A stretch of 64,000 bases of DNA. It comes from an uncultured delta proteobacterium (GTDB taxonomy: Bacteria > Myxococcota_A > UBA9160 > SZUA-336). Below, in pieces: positions 9,018 through 19,773 of this stretch (the first letter of the stretch is position 1; each line of letters opens with the position of its first letter). The translations under genes were made by a program, and so were the position numbers. The stretch is taken from assembly GCA_963704165.1 (NCBI GenBank), contig CAVPHD010000005.1, positions 160,001 to 224,000 of the forward strand, written 5' to 3'. Below the pieces are notes generated by a model. That model saw nothing but the letters and a program-made list of their open reading frames with translations. It ran no database searches and was not told where the DNA came from.

Positions 9018-10149
9018 ATGCTATCGAAGTTCGACGACTACCCGATCCACCAGACCGCGGAGCCGATCGCGGTCCCGGCATCGACCGACCGCAATGCCTA
9101 CGACCGCTACTGGTTCAATGGCTACACGGACGACGGGGAGTTCTACTTCGGTGTCGGGGCGGCGCTGTATCCGAACCTGGGGATCATGGACTGCGGATTC
9201 AGCATCGTCCGCGACGGCGAGCAGCACGCGTTTCACGCCTCGCGCCGGGCGCCGCGCGAGCCGAGCCGCGTCGAGGTGGGTCCGTTCCGGATCGAGATCA
9301 TCGAGCCGCTCCGGGCGCTGCGCGTCGTGCTCGACGCCAACGAGACCGGGCCTCTCCGCCGATCTGCTCTGGATCCCGCGCACGTCGAGCTTCTCCGAGG
9401 GCCAGCAGCGTCAGCGCCGCCGGCGCGGCACGATGGACGCGACGCGCTTCAACCAGTTCGGGCGCTGGCGCGGCGAGATCCGCTACGCGGGACGCACGCT
9501 CGCGATCGATCCCGCGCGCGTCTACGGAACGAAGGACCGCTCGTGGGGCGTTCGTCCCGGTCGGCGATCCCGGACCCGGGCGGCGCGCCAGCCGTCGCCG
9601 GGCGAGCCGAGCGGGATCTTCTTCCTCTGGGCGCCGCTGCACTGGAAGCATCGCTGCACCCATGCGGGCATCTTCGAGACCAATGCCGGCGTGCGCTGGC
9701 ACTGGAACGGAGCGACCGTGCCCGTCTACGACGATCCGGAGAAGATCCCGCTCGTCGATGACCCGGGACTCGCGGCCGCTGCTCGCGGTCGATCACAAGC
9801 TCGAGTACGTCCCCGGCACGCGCCGCGCGAGCGCGCGCCGTGATCACGAAGGTCGAGCTCGACGGCACACGCAACGAGATCGAGCTGCTCGCCGCTCACC
9901 TGCTTCCGGATGAAGGGCATCGGCTACCAGCATCCCGTCTGGGGCCACGGCAAGTGGCACGGCGAGCTCGCGATCGGCGGCGAGTCGTGGAAGTGCTCCG
10001 ATCTCGACGAGATCGCCCTCGAGAATCAGCACATCCAGCAGGTCATGCGCGCGCGCTGGGGCAACGACATCGGCGTCGGGGTTCTCGAGCAGATCTGCAT
10101 CGGGCCGTATCCGAAGTACGGGCTCAAGGGCTTGCTCGATCCGGCCTGA
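9018..10149 (+). CDS. Conserved hypothetical protein, broken by about 4 frameshifts
   Basis: GAGGAGG RBS plus MLSKFDDYPIHQ..DRNAYDRYWFNG; the coding-like frame continues through ORFs 8869 (RFNQFGRWRG, KDRSWGVRP, FFLWAPLHW) and 9910 (GIGYQHPVWGHGKW..GVLEQICIGP). Confidence 0.7.
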
Positions 10150-10150
10150 G

Positions 10151-11911
10151 TCAGCGCACCGGGCTGTTCAGCCAGAGTCGTTCCGCGATCGCGTTCTGCC
10201 CGGCGATGCTCGGGTGGAAGCAATCGCTTCCGTTGATCTCGTTCGGCCCGAACGCGATCGTGCCGACCGAGGGCAGGGTTTCTCCGCGGTATTCGGCGAC
10301 CACGCGCAGGCCGCGCGGGTTCTGACCGTTCGCGTTCGAGGCGTACGCCTCCGCCGTCTCGACCAGGATCTCGTTGTAGCGTCGCTGCCGCTCCGCGATC
10401 GCGCCGAGTCGGACGGACTGCGTCTCGGAGTTGGGCGTGCCCGGGTCGGTGGCGACGCGGCAGATGTCGAAGACCTCCCAGGCGAGTTCGCAGTCCACGT
10501 TCGACGACAGGCTCTGCTTCGCGAGGCCGGCGGCCGGCAGATCCTGCACGCGCGGGACGCTGCCGAGGTAGATCGTCGCCCCGTCGGGCAATCCGGCGGT
10601 CAGTGCGCTCAGACCCAGCTCGACGGCATCGCGCCACTCCGTGTCCGTGAACAGTGGCTGTGGACAGGCGCCGGGGATCGCGCAGCCGCGGCTGCAGATG
10701 TCGTTCCCGCCGAGCAGCACGATCGCGAAATCCGGAAGCGGGTTCTGCGCGAGGATCCGGTTCGCCTGGATCGCGAAACTGTCGCTGCCGCCGCGCATGC
10801 GCGCGCCGCTCGCGGCGGCGGACCCGACCGCCAGGATCGTGGGATCGAAGAAACGATAGCGGGTGCGAAGGTCGAAGACGCTCGAAGAGCTGCCGTTGAA
10901 GTAGGAGTACTCTGGCTGCTCTGCGCCGCCGAGCGCGCATTCGAGCAGACACGAGAGGCCGAGGTTGCACTCGCAGCTCGCGGCGAATCCGCGCGTGATG
11001 CTGTCGCCCGCCACGGCCATCCGAACGGGCAACTCGCCCGCGCCGACCGACGCCCGGCAGACGGGTTCGAGCGACGCGCTTCCCGCGAGCGCCGCTCGCA
11101 ATCGCGAAGCATCGAGCACGTCGCAGTCCATCGACCCGCCGGCGACGCTGCACTTCGCGGGATCGAAGACCCCCGGAGCGAGCATCGCGAGCGACCGCCG
11201 GAGGACGACCGCGTCCGCGATGTCGATCCGGCCGTCGTTCTGCGTGTCGCCGCACTCGCACGCGTCACCGATCCCGTTCACGGGCAGGCTCGAGTCGAGC
11301 TGGCTCGGGTTCGAGACGAACGGGCAGTTGTCGAAGAGGTTCGCGAGCCCGTCGCCGTCGAAATCCGAGTTCGACTGCGCGTTCGCCGGGTGGACCCCGA
11401 AGAGCGTCAGCGCGAGGGCGAGCAGGAGAACGAGCTTCTTCGTCGCGAACAGGGTCGGCGCGTGCCAGCCGCCGAAGCCGAACTCGCGGTAGAGCTTCTG
11501 CGCGCCGGTGTTCGTCTGGTGAACCTCGAGCGTCATCTTGCAGCAGCCTCGCGCCCGGGCGCGGCGCTCCGCCTCCTCGAGCAGCGCGCGCCCCACGCCG
11601 CGGCCGCGGTGCGCGGGGAGCACGGCGAGGTCGTGCACGTTCAGGAAGTCGCGGCCGGCGAACGTCGAGAAGCCGAAGAAGCAGACCGCGGCACCCACCG
11701 GGGCGTCGTCGAGGAAGGCGAGCAGTACGAACGTCTGCGGGTGGGCGCGCAGTCCCGGCACGAGCGCGTCCCGGACCCCGTCCGCGAGCGCCGCGTTCTG
11801 TCCGCCGGGCTCGCGCGCGTACGCGTCGAGGATCGCGAAGAGCGCGTCGGCGTCGCTCGCGCTTTCGAGGTCGGCGTCGCGGATCGCGACCGCGCTCGGA
11901 GTCGATTTCAT
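10151..11911 (-). CDS. GNAT acetyltransferase fused to signal/TM segment, TSP3 and dockerin-like Ca-binding module, and SGNH/GDSL hydrolase
   Basis: ATG 11911; GNAT motif A HDLAVLPAHRGRGVGRALL, N..AQKLY..FGF; hydrophobic LVLLLALALTLFGVHPANA; DFDGDG..DNCP...NPSQ.D...GIGDAC; GDSIT, GGND, DCFHP. Confidence 0.8.
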   Translation of the reverse strand: MKSTPSAVAIRDADLESASDADALFAILDAYAREPGGQNAALADGVRDALVPGLRAHPQTFVLLAFLDDAPVGAAVCFFGFSTFAGRDFLNVHDLAVLPAHRGRGVGRALLEEAERRARARGCCKMTLEVHQTNTGAQKLYREFGFGGWHAPTLFATKKLVLLLALALTLFGVHPANAQSNSDFDGDGLANLFDNCPFVSNPSQLDSSLPVNGIGDACECGDTQNDGRIDIADAVVLRRSLAMLAPGVFDPAKCSVAGGSMDCDVLDASRLRAALAGSASLEPVCRASVGAGELPVRMAVAGDSITRGFAASCECNLGLSCLLECALGGAEQPEYSYFNGSSSSVFDLRTRYRFFDPTILAVGSAAASGARMRGGSDSFAIQANRILAQNPLPDFAIVLLGGNDICSRGCAIPGACPQPLFTDTEWRDAVELGLSALTAGLPDGATIYLGSVPRVQDLPAAGLAKQSLSSNVDCELAWEVFDICRVATDPGTPNSETQSVRLGAIAERQRRYNEILVETAEAYASNANGQNPRGLRVVAEYRGETLPSVGTIAFGPNEINGSDCFHPSIAGQNAIAERLWLNSPVR

Positions 11912-11992
11912 CTCGGTCTTCCCTTCACTGCTCCGAGCATACGATTCGCAGCGCTGGTCTTCGACGCCGTCGCTGGATAGCATCGATCCGAC

Positions 11993-13174
11993 GTGACTGC
12001 GCACGGGCACGATCACGGTATCGCCGAACCCGAGATCCGGGAGGATCTCCGCACCGCCCATCGGATGGTGCTCGAGTACTTCCGCCGGCCGGGGAACTGG
12101 TTCACCGGCGCGCAGCGCAGCTCCATCGTTGGCGAGGCGAGACTGGCGAAGCGCTGTCCGCTCTGTCGCGCTCGCAAGGCCGGGCCATCGCCGGAGCACG
12201 CGAGTGGCGCCCACGAAACCACGGGTGAGCTTCCCGAGGCGCTCGTCGACCTGGTCCACCGCGTGCGGACGGACCCGGGCCGGCTTTCGCGAACCGTGTT
12301 CGACGCGACGCTCGCGGCCGGTGGCTCGGTCGGCGAGTACGTCGAGGCGGTGGGTATCGTCGCCCTCGCCGCGGGGCTCGACAGCCAGTGCCGCGCGTTG
12401 GGAATCCCGGACTTCCGTCTGCTCGAGCCGCTGCCCGGCGAACCGTCGCGAGTGCTGCCGAGGGGGCTCGAGGCGGGACGAGCCTGGGTGCCGACGCTGC
12501 CGCCCGACGCCGCGACCGGTTCCGAGGCCGACCTCTACGGGGGAGCGAGCTTCGTTCCCAACATCGTGCGCGCGCTCTCCTGCGTGCCGGACCACGTCCG
12601 CGTGCTTCGGACGTGGATCGACGCGCACTACGTCTCGCTCCTGGATCTCGGGGCGAGACGCGCGATCGATCGCATGCAGATCGAGCTCGTCGCCTCGCGC
12701 GTCTCGGCGCTGAACGAGTGTTTCTACTGAACCACCTCGCACGCGACGCTGCTCCGTGCGAGCGGCAAGCTGAATGGGGTCGAGATCGATCTGGCGCAAG
12801 TCAACGATGGAGCGGTGCACGGCGACGGCGGTGTCGCGCACGGCGCGCGATTGACCGCCTTCACGGACGCCGTCATGGCGGACGACGACGAGGAGCTCGT
12901 CGCTCGTCGGAGGGAGCTTTGCGCCGTGCTCTCGGCCGAAGCGTTCGTCGACACCTGCGCGACGATCGGCGCCTTCAACGTCGTCGATCGGATCGCGGAC
13001 GCGACCGGAATCCGGCTCGATGACCGGATGATCGGCATGAGCGCGCAGGTCAGGGACGAGCTCTCGCTCGGACGCTTCGGGTCCTCGGCCAACACGTTCG
13101 GAGCGGACGCCGCTAGCGATACGCGGCGGCCTGAATCCCGTACAGCTCCGAGTAGGTCCCGCGACGGGCCATGA
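11993..13174 (+). CDS. AhpD/alkylhydroperoxidase-related selenoprotein (CxxU; in-frame UGA at 12728-12730)
   Basis: ORF 11993..12730 ends ELVASRVSALNECFY-TGA; the frame stays open (TTSHATLLRAS...) and joins ORF 12815..13174 in the same frame, which has AhpD/CMD-like GAFNVVDRIADATG. Confidence 0.8.
12731..12765 (+). promoter_or_regulatory. Putative bacterial SECIS hairpin immediately 3' of the UGA
   Basis: Perfect 8-bp stem ctcgcacg (12736-12743) / cgtgcgag (12755-12762) around an 11-nt apical region, starting 5 nt after the TGA. Confidence 0.65.
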
Positions 13175-14894
13175 GCTCCTCGTGCGTTCCGGTCTCGACC
13201 ACGCGTGCGCCATCGAGCACGACGATCCGGTCGGCCATGCGCACGGTGCTGAAGCGGTGTGAGACGAGAACCGTGATCTGTTCGCCGCGCGAGGCCTTCG
13301 CGTAACGCTCGAACAGCGCGTGCTCGGTCTCGGCGTCGAGAGCCGCGGTCGGCTCGTCGAGGATCAGCACGAGCGGTTTCTCGCGCATGAAGCCGCGCGC
13401 GAGCGCGAGCTTCTGCCACTGGCCGAACGAGAGCTCGACGCCCTCGGGCCAGCTCGGACCGAGCTGTGTTTCGAGCCCGGCTTCGAGCCGCGCGACGACA
13501 TCGTCCGCTCCGGCCCGGTCGACGGCCGAGTGAACGGCGGGCTCGTCGTCGAGTCGCGGCAGGTCCCCCACGCCGACGCTGTGCCTCGTCCGGAACTCGA
13601 AGCGGAAGAAGTCCTGGAACGCTCCTGCGAGCCGTGCACGCCACGCGTCGGCCGGCATACGCGACAGGTCCACGCCGTCGACGAGGATTCGGCCGCGTGT
13701 CGGAGAGTAGAGGCGGCACAGGAGCTTCACGAGCGTGCTCTTTCCGGCGCCGTTCTCGCCGACGATCGCGACCACCGAGCCCGGCTCGAGCTCGAGATTC
13801 ACGTCGTCGAGAATCAGGCGTTCCGTGCCGGGATACGCGAACGACACGTGCTCGAACCGGAGGCCGCGTTCGATCCGATCGGGAACGCGCTCGTCCGCAT
13901 CTCGCACGAGCGACTCCGCGTAGTCCTCGAGCCACGCCATGCGCACCGAGCCGTCGAGCCAGATCCCGCGCAGGAAACCGATCTCGCCCACCGTCGCGCC
14001 GATGTACGCCGAGAGGCGCGCGCCCGCCGCGAGCACGAGCAGCACGCTCCCGGGCGAGGTCGGTTGCAGGGACGAGACGAACACGATCGAGCCCACGTAC
14101 CCGAAGCCGAAGATCGCCCAGGCGAGCGCGTGCCACGCGGCGCTCTCGAATCGCGCGCGCGCGACCGGTCGATACCAGCGTTCCCACGCCTCGCGCCTTC
14201 GCGTCACCAGTCGCTCGCCGACCCGCATCACCCGCACTTCCTTTCCCGGCGGCGCGGTCGTTGCGGTGTCGAAGAGATGGCGCGCGAGGCGGTTCGCCGA
14301 GGCGCCGCGTTCCTCGGCCACACGCTCGACACCCGGCCGCCAGCTCGCGGTGAGCACGGTCGGCAGCGCCAGCACGGCGAGCAGCGCCAGCGCGGGGTGG
14401 ATCGAGACGAGCAACGCGAGCGTCACGCCGAGGCGCAGCACCCAGCCGCACGTGGTGAAGAGCGACATGTACATGTGGTCGAGCACGAAGACCTGATTGC
14501 GAAGCACCGCGAGCCGGTCGAGGTAGTCGGGTCGCTCGTGGTGCGCGATCGTGGCCACGCTCGCCTGCAGGTTTGCGACGTGGGACTCGAGCGCGATCGT
14601 CACCTGGTCGCGGAAACGCCGCTGCGTCCGGTCGCTGACCACGCGCAGGAACCAGGTCGCCGCGGCCGAGGCGCCGAGTCCGACGGACGCTGCGAGCACG
14701 AGCGTGCGGTCGCCCGCGACCAGACCGTCGGCCAGGAACTTGAACAGCAGCGCAAGCAGCGCGTCGGGCAGCGCCGCGAGCAGCGACAACCCGAACGAGA
14801 CCGAGAGCAGCAACGGCTCGGCCTGGTAGCCACGCTGGAGCGCCCGCCACATCGACGGCAGTGCCGCGGGAAGCGGGATCTCAGTCGAGGACAT
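13113..14894 (-). CDS. ABC exporter, fused permease/ATPase subunit
   Basis: N-terminal TM domain; GENGAGKST, degenerate signature LSFGQWQK, LILDEPT, SHR. Confidence 0.93.
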   Translation of the reverse strand: MSSTEIPLPAALPSMWRALQRGYQAEPLLLSVSFGLSLLAALPDALLALLFKFLADGLVAGDRTLVLAASVGLGASAAATWFLRVVSDRTQRRFRDQVTIALESHVANLQASVATIAHHERPDYLDRLAVLRNQVFVLDHMYMSLFTTCGWVLRLGVTLALLVSIHPALALLAVLALPTVLTASWRPGVERVAEERGASANRLARHLFDTATTAPPGKEVRVMRVGERLVTRRREAWERWYRPVARARFESAAWHALAWAIFGFGYVGSIVFVSSLQPTSPGSVLLVLAAGARLSAYIGATVGEIGFLRGIWLDGSVRMAWLEDYAESLVRDADERVPDRIERGLRFEHVSFAYPGTERLILDDVNLELEPGSVVAIVGENGAGKSTLVKLLCRLYSPTRGRILVDGVDLSRMPADAWRARLAGAFQDFFRFEFRTRHSVGVGDLPRLDDEPAVHSAVDRAGADDVVARLEAGLETQLGPSWPEGVELSFGQWQKLALARGFMREKPLVLILDEPTAALDAETEHALFERYAKASRGEQITVLVSHRFSTVRMADRIVVLDGARVVETGTHEELMARRGTYSELYGIQAAAYR

Positions 14895-16677
14895 CGAGCC
14901 CCGCTTCCGCTTCGTCGTCGCCGAAGCGCGACGCCTGCAGGTCGAACATGGTGCGGTAGCGTCCGCCGCGCGCCATCAGCTCGTCGTGCGTGCCGAGTTC
15001 GACGACGGCGCCACGCTCGAGCACGCAGATCCGATCGGCGTGGCGAACGGTCGAGAAGCGGTGCGAGATGAGGATGGTCGTGGTGTGCCGCGTCTCGGCG
15101 AGGATGCGGTCGAAGATCTCGGCTTCGCCGCGCACGTCGAGCTGGGCGGTCGGCTCGTCGAGCAGCACGACGCCGGCGCCGAGCCGCACCGCGCAGAGCG
15201 CGCGTGCGAGCGCAACGCGCTGCCACTGCCCGCCGGAGAGCTCGGTGCCGCCGAAGTAGCCGCGCGCGAGGATCGTGTCGAGATCGGCGAGCCGCGTGGC
15301 GCCGGCGTCTTCGAGCGAAGCACGGATCACGTCGTCGGACGCACCGGCGGGAGCGACGTTGTCGCGAAGCGGCAGCTCGAAGCGCACGAAGTCCTGGAAG
15401 ACCGCGGCCAGGCGCGAGCGCCAGCCGTCGAGGTCGAGCGTGCGAAGGTCGACGCCGTCGATCTCGATCGCTCCCTGCTGCGGGTCGTAGAGCCGGCACA
15501 GGAGCTTCGCGAGCGTCGTCTTGCCCGCACCGTTCTGTCCGACGATCGCGAGCGACGAGCCCGCCGGAATCGTCAGGTCGAAGCCCTCGAGCACCGGCTC
15601 GCCGGTCGTCGGATACGCGAACGTGACGTCGCGGAACCGGATTTCGCGCGCGGGCAAGCCTTCGGCCGAGCGCTCACCGCGCGAGAGCGCTCCGGCTCGC
15701 GCCATCGTGTCCTGAAGTCGGAGCACGGCCGCGGCCGGCGCGGAGGCACCATCGAGCGCCCACGACAGCCCGCCGAACGCGATCATGCTCGCGCCGACCG
15801 CCGCGCTCGCGTAGGTGACGAGCTCCGCGAGCGAGAGGCGCCCGCTCGACGCGTCCGCACCCATCGCGAAGAGCACGACGACGTTCGCCGCGAGCACGAG
15901 CAACAGGCTCCAAAGCACCGGACGCTCGCGGAGCCGGGTCGCCTGCCAGCGAAGCTCGAAGAGCCGACGGCGGCGCGAGCGAAAGCGCTCGATGGTCCAG
16001 TCGGAGAGCCCGAAGAGGCGCAGCTCCTTCGAGGCGGGCGGGTCCACCGCGATCCGATACGCGTAGTCGGCGTGTCGCTGTGCTTCGCGAACCTCGTCGG
16101 TGTTGCGATCGCGCCAGACACCGCTCTCGCGCAGGAGCCAGTGCGTGCCGAGCCAGGCGCCGCCGAGCACGAACGGCGCCCACCACGCATAGCCGAAGAG
16201 GAGGACTGCCGAGGCGAACCCGGCGAGGAACTCGACGAGTCCGCTCGCGATGAAGTCCATCGAGATCGAGAGCGGCGGTCCGCTGATGCCGAGGTCGAAG
16301 TCCCGCGCCATCGCGAGGTCGTTCGTCAGCTCCGAATCCTCCAGATGCCCCATGCCCGGCGGGCGAACACAGGCGATCGCGAGCCGGTCGTAGAGCCAGG
16401 CGGCCGTGCGACTGCCCAGGTTCGTACCCAGAGCCTGGTGGAGCGGAGCGAGGACCTGGAGCCCCACGAAAACGACACCGACGAGTGTCAGAGGAAGTGC
16501 GAGCGAGGCACCGCTCTGGACGGCTCCGACGAGCGCGCCCATCGCCACCGCGAAGAGCGCCGGCAGGAGCCCCCGCAGCGCGAGCACGAGCCACCAGAGG
16601 TAGGCGAGCGCACGATCGGCGTGCGGAAGGACTCCCGCGAACTTCCACTCGTCGCGCTCGCGCAGTCCTTCGATCAC
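14881..16677 (-). CDS. ABC exporter, fused permease/ATPase subunit (heterodimer partner)
   Basis: GQNGAGKTT, LSGGQWQR, LLDEPT, ISHRFSTV; overlaps the partner gene. Confidence 0.93.
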   Translation of the reverse strand: MIEGLRERDEWKFAGVLPHADRALAYLWWLVLALRGLLPALFAVAMGALVGAVQSGASLALPLTLVGVVFVGLQVLAPLHQALGTNLGSRTAAWLYDRLAIACVRPPGMGHLEDSELTNDLAMARDFDLGISGPPLSISMDFIASGLVEFLAGFASAVLLFGYAWWAPFVLGGAWLGTHWLLRESGVWRDRNTDEVREAQRHADYAYRIAVDPPASKELRLFGLSDWTIERFRSRRRRLFELRWQATRLRERPVLWSLLLVLAANVVVLFAMGADASSGRLSLAELVTYASAAVGASMIAFGGLSWALDGASAPAAAVLRLQDTMARAGALSRGERSAEGLPAREIRFRDVTFAYPTTGEPVLEGFDLTIPAGSSLAIVGQNGAGKTTLAKLLCRLYDPQQGAIEIDGVDLRTLDLDGWRSRLAAVFQDFVRFELPLRDNVAPAGASDDVIRASLEDAGATRLADLDTILARGYFGGTELSGGQWQRVALARALCAVRLGAGVVLLDEPTAQLDVRGEAEIFDRILAETRHTTTILISHRFSTVRHADRICVLERGAVVELGTHDELMARGGRYRTMFDLQASRFGDDEAEAGLDVLD

Positions 16678-16696
16678 TCGTCGAACTCCAGCGCGC

Positions 16697-17311
16697 TCAG
16701 CTTGGAACGGCCATGCCCTTCACGACCGCGGGGCGCGCGGCGATTCGCTCGAGCCAGGCTACCACGCGCGGCAGCTTGATCAGGTCGGGCATCTTCAGCT
16801 GCAGCGGAAACGAGAGCCACGGGTAGTGCATGATGTCGCCGATCGAGTAATCGCCGGCGAGATACGGACGTCCGTCGGCGAGGATCCGATCGAGCACGCC
16901 GTACAGGCGCGCCATCTCGGCGGAGAAGATCTGGATCATCTCGGAGTTCTTCTCGCCTTCCTTCCGGAGCGCCGCGCCGAGACGACCGAGATTCGGACCG
17001 ACGCCCCCGGTCTGGAAGAACGCGAGCTCGATGGCCTGGCTCCGCTTGCGCGCCTCCTTCGGCAAGATCGACCCCTTCGGATCGTGCTTCTCGCCGAGGT
17101 GCAGCAGGATCGCGCCCGATTCCCAGATCGCGAGCCCGTCGTCCTCGAGCACGGGGATCTTGTGGTTCGGATTCAGCGCGAGGAATTCGGGCTTCATCTG
17201 TTCGTTCGCGCCGAGATCGACCTTGCGCACCTCGTAGGCGAGCCCGAGCTCTTCGAGCGCGATCGAGATCTTGCGGCCGTTCGGCGTCATCCAGGTGTGA
17301 AGGCGGAGCAT
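16697..17311 (-). CDS. Glutathione S-transferase (YfcG/YghU-like, TPN motif)
   Basis: MLRLHTWMTPNGRKISIALEELG, LNPNHKIP, WESGAIL, YSIGDI; GAGGAG RBS. Confidence 0.92.
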   Translation of the reverse strand: MLRLHTWMTPNGRKISIALEELGLAYEVRKVDLGANEQMKPEFLALNPNHKIPVLEDDGLAIWESGAILLHLGEKHDPKGSILPKEARKRSQAIELAFFQTGGVGPNLGRLGAALRKEGEKNSEMIQIFSAEMARLYGVLDRILADGRPYLAGDYSIGDIMHYPWLSFPLQLKMPDLIKLPRVVAWLERIAARPAVVKGMAVPS

Positions 17312-17348
17312 CGGATTCTCCTCGGTGGGTTGGCTTATACTGCCGCGC

Positions 17349-18221
17349 GTGAAGCTTGCGACATTCACGCACGCGGGAGCGACGCGAATCGGCGTCGTGG
17401 TTGGGAGCGAAGTGGTCGATCTGGCGGTCGCCGCGCCCGAGCTTCCACGCGAGATGGAGGCCTTCCTCGCCGCAGGCTCGAGCGCGCTCGACCGCGCGCG
17501 GGCGGTGGCGCAAAGCGGAGAGCGAATCGCGCTCGCCGAGGTCCGGCTCGAGGCGCCGTGTCTGCGACCGCGGAAGTTCCTGGCCATCGGGCTCAACTAT
17601 GCCGACCACATCGCTGAGACGGGCCGACCCGCGCCGGAGTTTCCGGTCTTCTTCAACAAGCAGACCTCGTGCGTGAACGGACCCTACGATCCGATCTGGA
17701 TGCCGAGGGTTTCCGACAAGCTCGACTACGAGGGTGAGCTCGCGTTCGTGATCGGGCGGCGTTGTCGCCACGTGCCGAAGAACCGGGCACACGAGGTGAT
17801 CGCCGGCTACCTGATCTGCAACGACGTCTCGGTGCGAGACTGGCAGCACCGGGCGCCGACGATGACGCTCGGCAAGTCCTTCGACACGCACGGGCCGCTC
17901 GGTCCGTTCCTGGTCACTCCCGACGAGCTCGGCGATCCGCACGTCCTCGATCTCGAGACGACGGTCGACGGCGAGCGACGTCAGAAGTCGAACACGCGGC
18001 ACCTCGTCTTCGACTGCTTCGACCAGGTCGAGACGCTCTCGACCGCGTTCACGCTCGAGCCCGGCGACGTGATCAGCACGGGAACCTGCGGGGGGGTCGG
18101 CGTCGCGATGAACCCGCGCGGATACCTGAAGGTCGGTCAACGCGTGCGGGTGACGATCTCTGGCCTCGGTCAGATCGAGAACCAGGTCGTGCCCGAGCCG
18201 GCGGACAGCGCGCGGACATGA
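17349..18221 (+). CDS. Fumarylacetoacetate hydrolase family protein
   Basis: [39 protein letters not shown]. Confidence 0.93.
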   Translation: MKLATFTHAGATRIGVVVGSEVVDLAVAAPELPREMEAFLAAGSSALDRARAVAQSGERIALAEVRLEAPCLRPRKFLAIGLNYADHIAETGRPAPEFPVFFNKQTSCVNGPYDPIWMPRVSDKLDYEGELAFVIGRRCRHVPKNRAHEVIAGYLICNDVSVRDWQHRAPTMTLGKSFDTHGPLGPFLVTPDELGDPHVLDLETTVDGERRQKSNTRHLVFDCFDQVETLSTAFTLEPGDVISTGTCGGVGVAMNPRGYLKVGQRVRVTISGLGQIENQVVPEPADSART

Positions 18222-19764
18222 ACGGCGCCGAGGCTCTGATCCGCAGCGCGATCGCTTCGGGCGTCGAGGTCTGTTTCGCGAACCCCGGCACGACGGAGAT
18301 GCACCTGGTGGCCGCGCTCGACTCGGCGCCCGGGATGCGCGCGGTGCTCGGCCTCTTCGAGGGTGTCGTGACCGGTGCGGCCGACGGCTACGCGCGCATG
18401 GCCGGCAAGCCTGCGCTGACGATCACGCACCTGGGACCCGGCTTCGCGAACGGCATCGCGAACCTTCACAACGCGCGGCGCGCGAATACCCCGGTCGTGA
18501 ACCTGATCGGCGATCAGGCGACCTGGCACCTCGATGCGGACGCGCCACTCACCTCGGATGTCGAGTCACTCGCGAAACCCGTCTCGGTCTGGGTGCGAAA
18601 GACGAAGACGGCGGCCGAGCTCGCCACCGACGTGGTCGAGGCGATCGCGGCGTCGCGGCGTGCGCCTGGCGGAGTGGCCACGCTGATCGTCCCGGCCGAC
18701 TGCGCCTGGGGAGAGGCGCCGGGCATCGCGAGGCCGATCGCCTTCGAAGTCGCACTCGAGGTGCCCCGGCGAGTGGATCGACGAGGCGGCGCGCGCGCTG
18801 CGATCGGGCGAGCCCGCGTCTGATCCTGCTCGGTGCGAACGCGCTCTCGAGGCGTGGATCGCTCGCGGCCGCTCGCGTCGCCGCGAAGTCCGGCGCGCGG
18901 GTCATGTTCGGCACGTTCCCCGCGCGCGTCGAGCGCGGCGCCGGCCTGCCGGCGTTCTCGAAGTTCCCGTATTTCCCGGAGCAGGGCGTCGAGCTGCTTT
19001 CCAAGGTCGGTCGGCTCGTGCTCGCGGGCGCGACGGAGCCGGTCGCATTCTTCGGCTATCCGAACACGCCGAGCCGGCTCACGCCGTCGAGCTGTCGCAT
19101 TTCGGTGTTGGCACGACCGGATCACGATGCGGCGGGCGCGCTCGAAGCGCTGGCCTCCGCGCTCGGTGCGGGGCCGAACGGAGCCGAGCTCGCGACTCGC
19201 GCGTCGATCGAGCCGGCGACCGGCAAGCTCACGCCGGACGCGCTCGGTCGCACGCTCGCCGCGCTTCAGCCCGAGAACGCGATCGTCGTCGACGAAGCCG
19301 CGACCTCGGGTGCGCCGTGGTTCGGCTTCGCGAGCGGCGCGTTGCCGCATTCGTCGCTCGGTCTCACCGGCGGCGCGATCGGTCAGGGGTTGCCGAATGC
19401 CGTCGGCGCCGCGATCGCGTGTCCGGATCGGCGGGTGATCGCGCTTCAGGCCGACGGCAGCGGCATGTACACGCTTCAGGCGCTGTGGACCGCTGCGCGC
19501 GAGTCCCTCGACGTGAAGACGATCATCTGCGCGAATCGCATGTACCGCATCCTGAAGGTCGAGCTCGCACGTGCGGACATCTCGCAGCCCGGCCCCGCCG
19601 CACGCTCGCTCACCGACCTCGGATCGCCGGATCTCGATTGGGTCTCGCTCGCGCGCGGCATGGGTGTTCCCGGGGAGCGCGCCGAAACGGCGGAGGAATT
19701 CGCGGGCGCGCTCGGCCGCGCGTTCGCCGAGCCCGGACCGTATCTCGTCGAAGCGGTGCTCTGA
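18218..19764 (+). CDS. Thiamine diphosphate enzyme (acetolactate synthase large-subunit-like), frameshifted near 18770-18850
   Basis: [32 protein letters not shown] in ORF 17762; [20 protein letters not shown] motif in ORF 18904. Confidence 0.85.
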
Positions 19765-19773
19765 GTCGAACCC

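Noticed and set aside
10151..13213. 1020-aa ORF as a single protein
   Set aside because: The N-terminal ~430 aa is antisense to the selenoprotein gene; the real start is ATG 11911.
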